DNA of 24,000 nucleotides from Marinagarivorans sp. (GTDB lineage Bacteria; Pseudomonadota; Gammaproteobacteria; Pseudomonadales; Cellvibrionaceae): positions 72,948-96,947 of the forward strand of contig JAXHOG010000070.1 of assembly GCA_034519605.1 (NCBI GenBank), in the 5' to 3' direction. The notes beneath the pieces were generated by a model. The model was not told the origin of the DNA. It did not search any database and was given only the letters and a program-made list of their open reading frames with translations. Below are positions 21,685 to 24,000 of the stretch, one piece after another. The translations under genes and the position numbers were made by a program. How positions within the stretch are numbered: position 1 is the first letter of the stretch; each line of letters starts with the position of its first letter.

Positions 21685-22239
21685 ATGACTAAAACATTAC
21701 TTTACTTAGAAGATGACGAGGCATTAGCTTTTGTCACAACACGCGCACTCCAAAAAAGAGGCTTTAATGTTCACCATGCCGCAACACTTGACGCGCTAAG
21801 GGCATCTCTCAATCGGCAACCTTTTAGTCATGCGCTATTGGATTTAAAAATTGGTAACGAGACATCTATCGAGCTTATAGAAGAAATAAAAGACAAGCAC
21901 GACATTCCGATTGTGATATTAACGGGTTACGGCACAATTCGCACAGCAGTACAAGCCATAAAACTTGGCGCTATCGATTTTTTGAACAAACCCTGCAATA
22001 CAGAAGAAATAATTGCCGCACTTTGCGCTAACGACAAAGAAGAAATCACAACTTCAATGAGCGATGATTTAATAAAACCATCACTAAAAGCCATAGAAAG
22101 GGAAACGATTCAGCGCGCGCTCGACGAAAACAGCGGCAATATTTCTGCCGCTGCACGTCAACTAAAAATGCATCGCCGAACATTGCAGAGGAAGCTTATT
22201 AAGAGGCATATAGAGGATGATAAGGGCTACAGCAGCTAA
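21685..22239 (+). CDS. regA: RegA/PrrA/ActR/RoxR-family redox response regulator (receiver plus Fis-type HTH)
   Basis: 184 aa, the typical RegA length. The receiver domain reads LLYLEDDEA.. LLDLKIG.., ILTGYGTIRTAVQAIKLGAIDFLNKP. The C-terminal Fis-like HTH reads IERETIQRALDENSGNISAAARQLKMHRRTLQRKL. It starts 5 nt after the regB stop. Confidence 0.92.
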   Translation: MTKTLLYLEDDEALAFVTTRALQKRGFNVHHAATLDALRASLNRQPFSHALLDLKIGNETSIELIEEIKDKHDIPIVILTGYGTIRTAVQAIKLGAIDFLNKPCNTEEIIAALCANDKEEITTSMSDDLIKPSLKAIERETIQRALDENSGNISAAARQLKMHRRTLQRKLIKRHIEDDKGYSS

Positions 22240-22299
22240 AGTGACATAGCCATGGCAGCGATAAGCTAAATTACTGCCTAAGAAATACTCTACCAACTC

Positions 22300-23804
22300 T
22301 TATTTTTTAACAGGGCAGTAAGTATCCAAAAATGTAGCATGATCAGGCAATAGTTCTGCAGCAGAACGCATAGTTTTAAGCGCCCTTGACATAATCCCAC
22401 TGACTTCAGCGGAGTTCGATAAATCAACGAGAGGATCGTAACCTCTAGTGGCGAACACCCATACCCCTCAAGCACTGCATACCAGCTATTATTTGTAAAA
22501 AGATCAAAATCATCTTTGTATAATCGGCCTTGGCTGCGAAATAAATTCAAGCGAGTCGTTAACGATTCAGGTATCTCCATCTGCCCACAAGCACGCCAAA
22601 ACTCAGTATCTTTACGCTCAGTAGTGCAGTAATGGAGAATAATAAAATCACGCACACTCATATATTCAGCATTCATAATACGGTTATATTCATCTTGTGT
22701 AGCTAGACAATCATTTATATTTGAAGGGAACATTTCGACAAATTTTGAAATTGACTGCATAGCCAAATGAATACTGGTTGACTCCAGCGGCTCTAAAAAT
22801 CCCGAAGCCAAACCAACCGCGATACAGTTTTTATTCCATAATTTTTTGCGCTCGCCCGTAACAAAATGTAAAAACCTAGGCTCGGTAACCAGTCGTCCTT
22901 GTAAGTTACTTCGAAATAACGATTCTGCTGAGGTTACACATCTGTATATTTACTACAAAACACATATCCATTTCCGCTTCGATGTTGCAGGGGAATTCGC
23001 CACTGCCAACCACACTCTAAAGCTGTAGATTGAGTATAAGGTGCAGGCTTTCCCATATTTTCAGTTTGCGCCACTACCGCGCTATCGCAAGGTAAATAGT
23101 CAGACCAATTGTCATATCCCGTCTTAAGTGCGCCCTTCTATAAGCAGGCCGCGAAACCCGTAGAGCAATCCATAAAAAAATCAGCGGTTATTTCACGACC
23201 ATCTTGCAATAAAATAGATTTAACGCTTCCGTTAACTGCCAAGTTAGCGGCTTCTATTTTTGCATCAATTCTTTTTACACCTCGATCCTCAGCATATTTA
23301 CGCAGGTACTGAGCAACGAGAGAGGTATCAAAAATGTAGTGCATAATTAGCACCCAAGAATGGACTTTTTAGGTCCTGATTGGGCCGCGAAAATTTATTA
23401 CTCTGCGCCATTACTATGGAAGAGAATAATCCGTAAATTCGGCCGGATTACCGCTTTTTTTACTTTTTAGCCAATGCTGATAAAACTGAAAACCGTCAAT
23501 ATTGGCACCAACTGAACCGAATTGATGCCAGTAAGATTGTCCCAGTTGATGCCAATCAGTAAAACGAATACCCAATTTAAAACTTGCCTGGGTTGACTGA
23601 ATAAAGTCGCGCTCATCAATATTTAGTAAATTAAGAAAATTCAATATTGGTGGTATGGTGGCCTCACCAACACCCACTGTACTTTATCTCAGTAGATTCA
23701 ACAAGCGTCACATTAACGCCCATTGGTTTTAACATCTTGGCAAAACACGCTGCCGCCATCCAGCCTGATGTCCCCCCACCTACAACAACAATATTTTTAA
23801 TCAT
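22300..23804 (-). pseudogene. Tryptophan-halogenase-like (flavin-dependent halogenase family) pseudogene with at least 5 frameshifts and 1 in-frame nonsense codon
   Basis: Minus-strand pieces in three frames reassemble a halogenase of about 500 aa. The pieces, in order: MIKNIVVVGGGTSGWMAAACFAK..VESTEIK (from ATG 23804); TVGVGEATIPPILNFLNLLNIDE..SFKLGIRFTDW (23677-23414); SIVMAQSNKF..GANYALHF; DTSLVAQYLRKYAEDRGVKRI..DCSTGF; KGALKTGYDNWSDYLPCDSAVVAQ..PYTQSTALECGWQWRIPLQHRSGNGYVF; ..LVTEPRFLHFVTGERKKLWNKNCIAVGLASGFLEPLESTSIHL..; GYDPLVD..LPDHATFLDTYCPVKK (stop 22300-22302). Lesions: frameshifts near 23681, 23420, 23332, 22940 and 22447; an in-frame TAG at 23138-23140. Confidence 0.85.
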
Positions 23805-23885
23805 TCAAACTCACCACACAATAACCATAAAAAAAGCGGCAACATGCTTCATATTGCCCTTTTACATTGACGCAAACTAAGTCAA

Positions 23886-23999
23886 TTAAAAACTATATTT
23901 AGCACCCAATACGAAACGACGCTCTGCAGCAATATTACTGCGGAAGAAGTTGGTGTATTCAATGTAACGGCGTTGTTCGGAAGACGTTAAGTTGATGCC
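23886..23999 (-). CDS. TonB-dependent receptor, C-terminal end only (gene continues beyond the right edge)
   Basis: The minus-strand frame is open to the window edge. It ends ..GINLTSSEQRRYIEYTNFFRSNIAAERRFVLGAKYSF-stop (TAA at 23888-23886). This is the canonical last beta-strand with a terminal aromatic residue. It is absent from the ORF track because the start is outside the window. Confidence 0.75.
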   Translation of the reverse strand, partial: GINLTSSEQRRYIEYTNFFRSNIAAERRFVLGAKYSF

Positions 24000-24000
24000 T

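Noticed and set aside
22300-23804. The idea that the halogenase-gene frameshifts are sequencing or assembly errors, or programmed frameshifts.
   Set aside because: The other roughly 20 kb of coding sequence is free of such lesions. One lesion is a substitution-type in-frame TAG. Of the shifts I localised, only the one near 23332 sits in a homopolymer (T run). Five or more programmed shifts in one gene is implausible. Read-level confirmation is still advisable.
23829-23862. Possible terminator between the right-edge TBDR gene and the halogenase pseudogene. On the minus strand it reads GGCAA..TTGCC followed by a T run.
   Set aside because: The stem is only 5 bp with an 11-nt loop. That is too weak to list as a feature, and the two genes may originally have been co-transcribed.
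22846-23880. Plus-strand ORFs 22846-23028, 23109-23312 and 23647-23880.
   Set aside because: They are antisense to clearly recognisable halogenase-family coding remnants and have no features of their own.

Overview
The window looks like chromosomal DNA from a moderately AT-rich Gram-negative bacterium. It is probably a marine polysaccharide-degrading gammaproteobacterium. That guess rests on poly-Ser linkers in a secreted CBM protein, on TonB-dependent receptor (TBDR) genes paired with a tryptophan-halogenase-like gene, and on a RoxSR/CIO-type respiration gene set. It was not checked against any database; all family calls come from motifs I recognise in the translations. Left to right the window contains: the 3' end of an IS66-family element; corA plus a DUF486/DMT membrane protein; an ECF sigma / FecR anti-sigma / STN-TonB-dependent transducer cluster; a convergent modular lipoprotein (poly-Ser linkers, a CBM-like module, and a C-terminal domain of about 300 aa that I cannot place); a tightly coupled MoxR AAA+ / DUF58 / TgpA-type transglutaminase operon at the window centre; a YhiN-like flavoprotein plus a HopJ-family protein; a gene-free gap of about 550 bp; a minus-strand operon of a GbsR/MarR-like regulator, a short-Q-loop cytochrome bd (CIO-like) oxidase I+II and a group II truncated hemoglobin; a divergent RegB/RegA (RoxS/RoxR-type) redox two-component system; a heavily decayed tryptophan-halogenase-like pseudogene; and the 3' end of a second TBDR gene running off the right edge. 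I saw no CRISPR array, tRNA, rRNA, prophage or recognisable defence or toxin cassette. The best candidates for something under-described are: (i) the central MoxR-DUF58-TgpA module with a perfect 25-bp palindrome upstream; (ii) the physically linked RegBA - regulator - cioAB - trHb redox island; (iii) the unknown C-terminal domain of the CBM lipoprotein next to a SusC-like ECF-controlled transducer; and (iv) an unusual density of short tandem duplications sitting at gene boundaries. None of these is proven novel from sequence alone.
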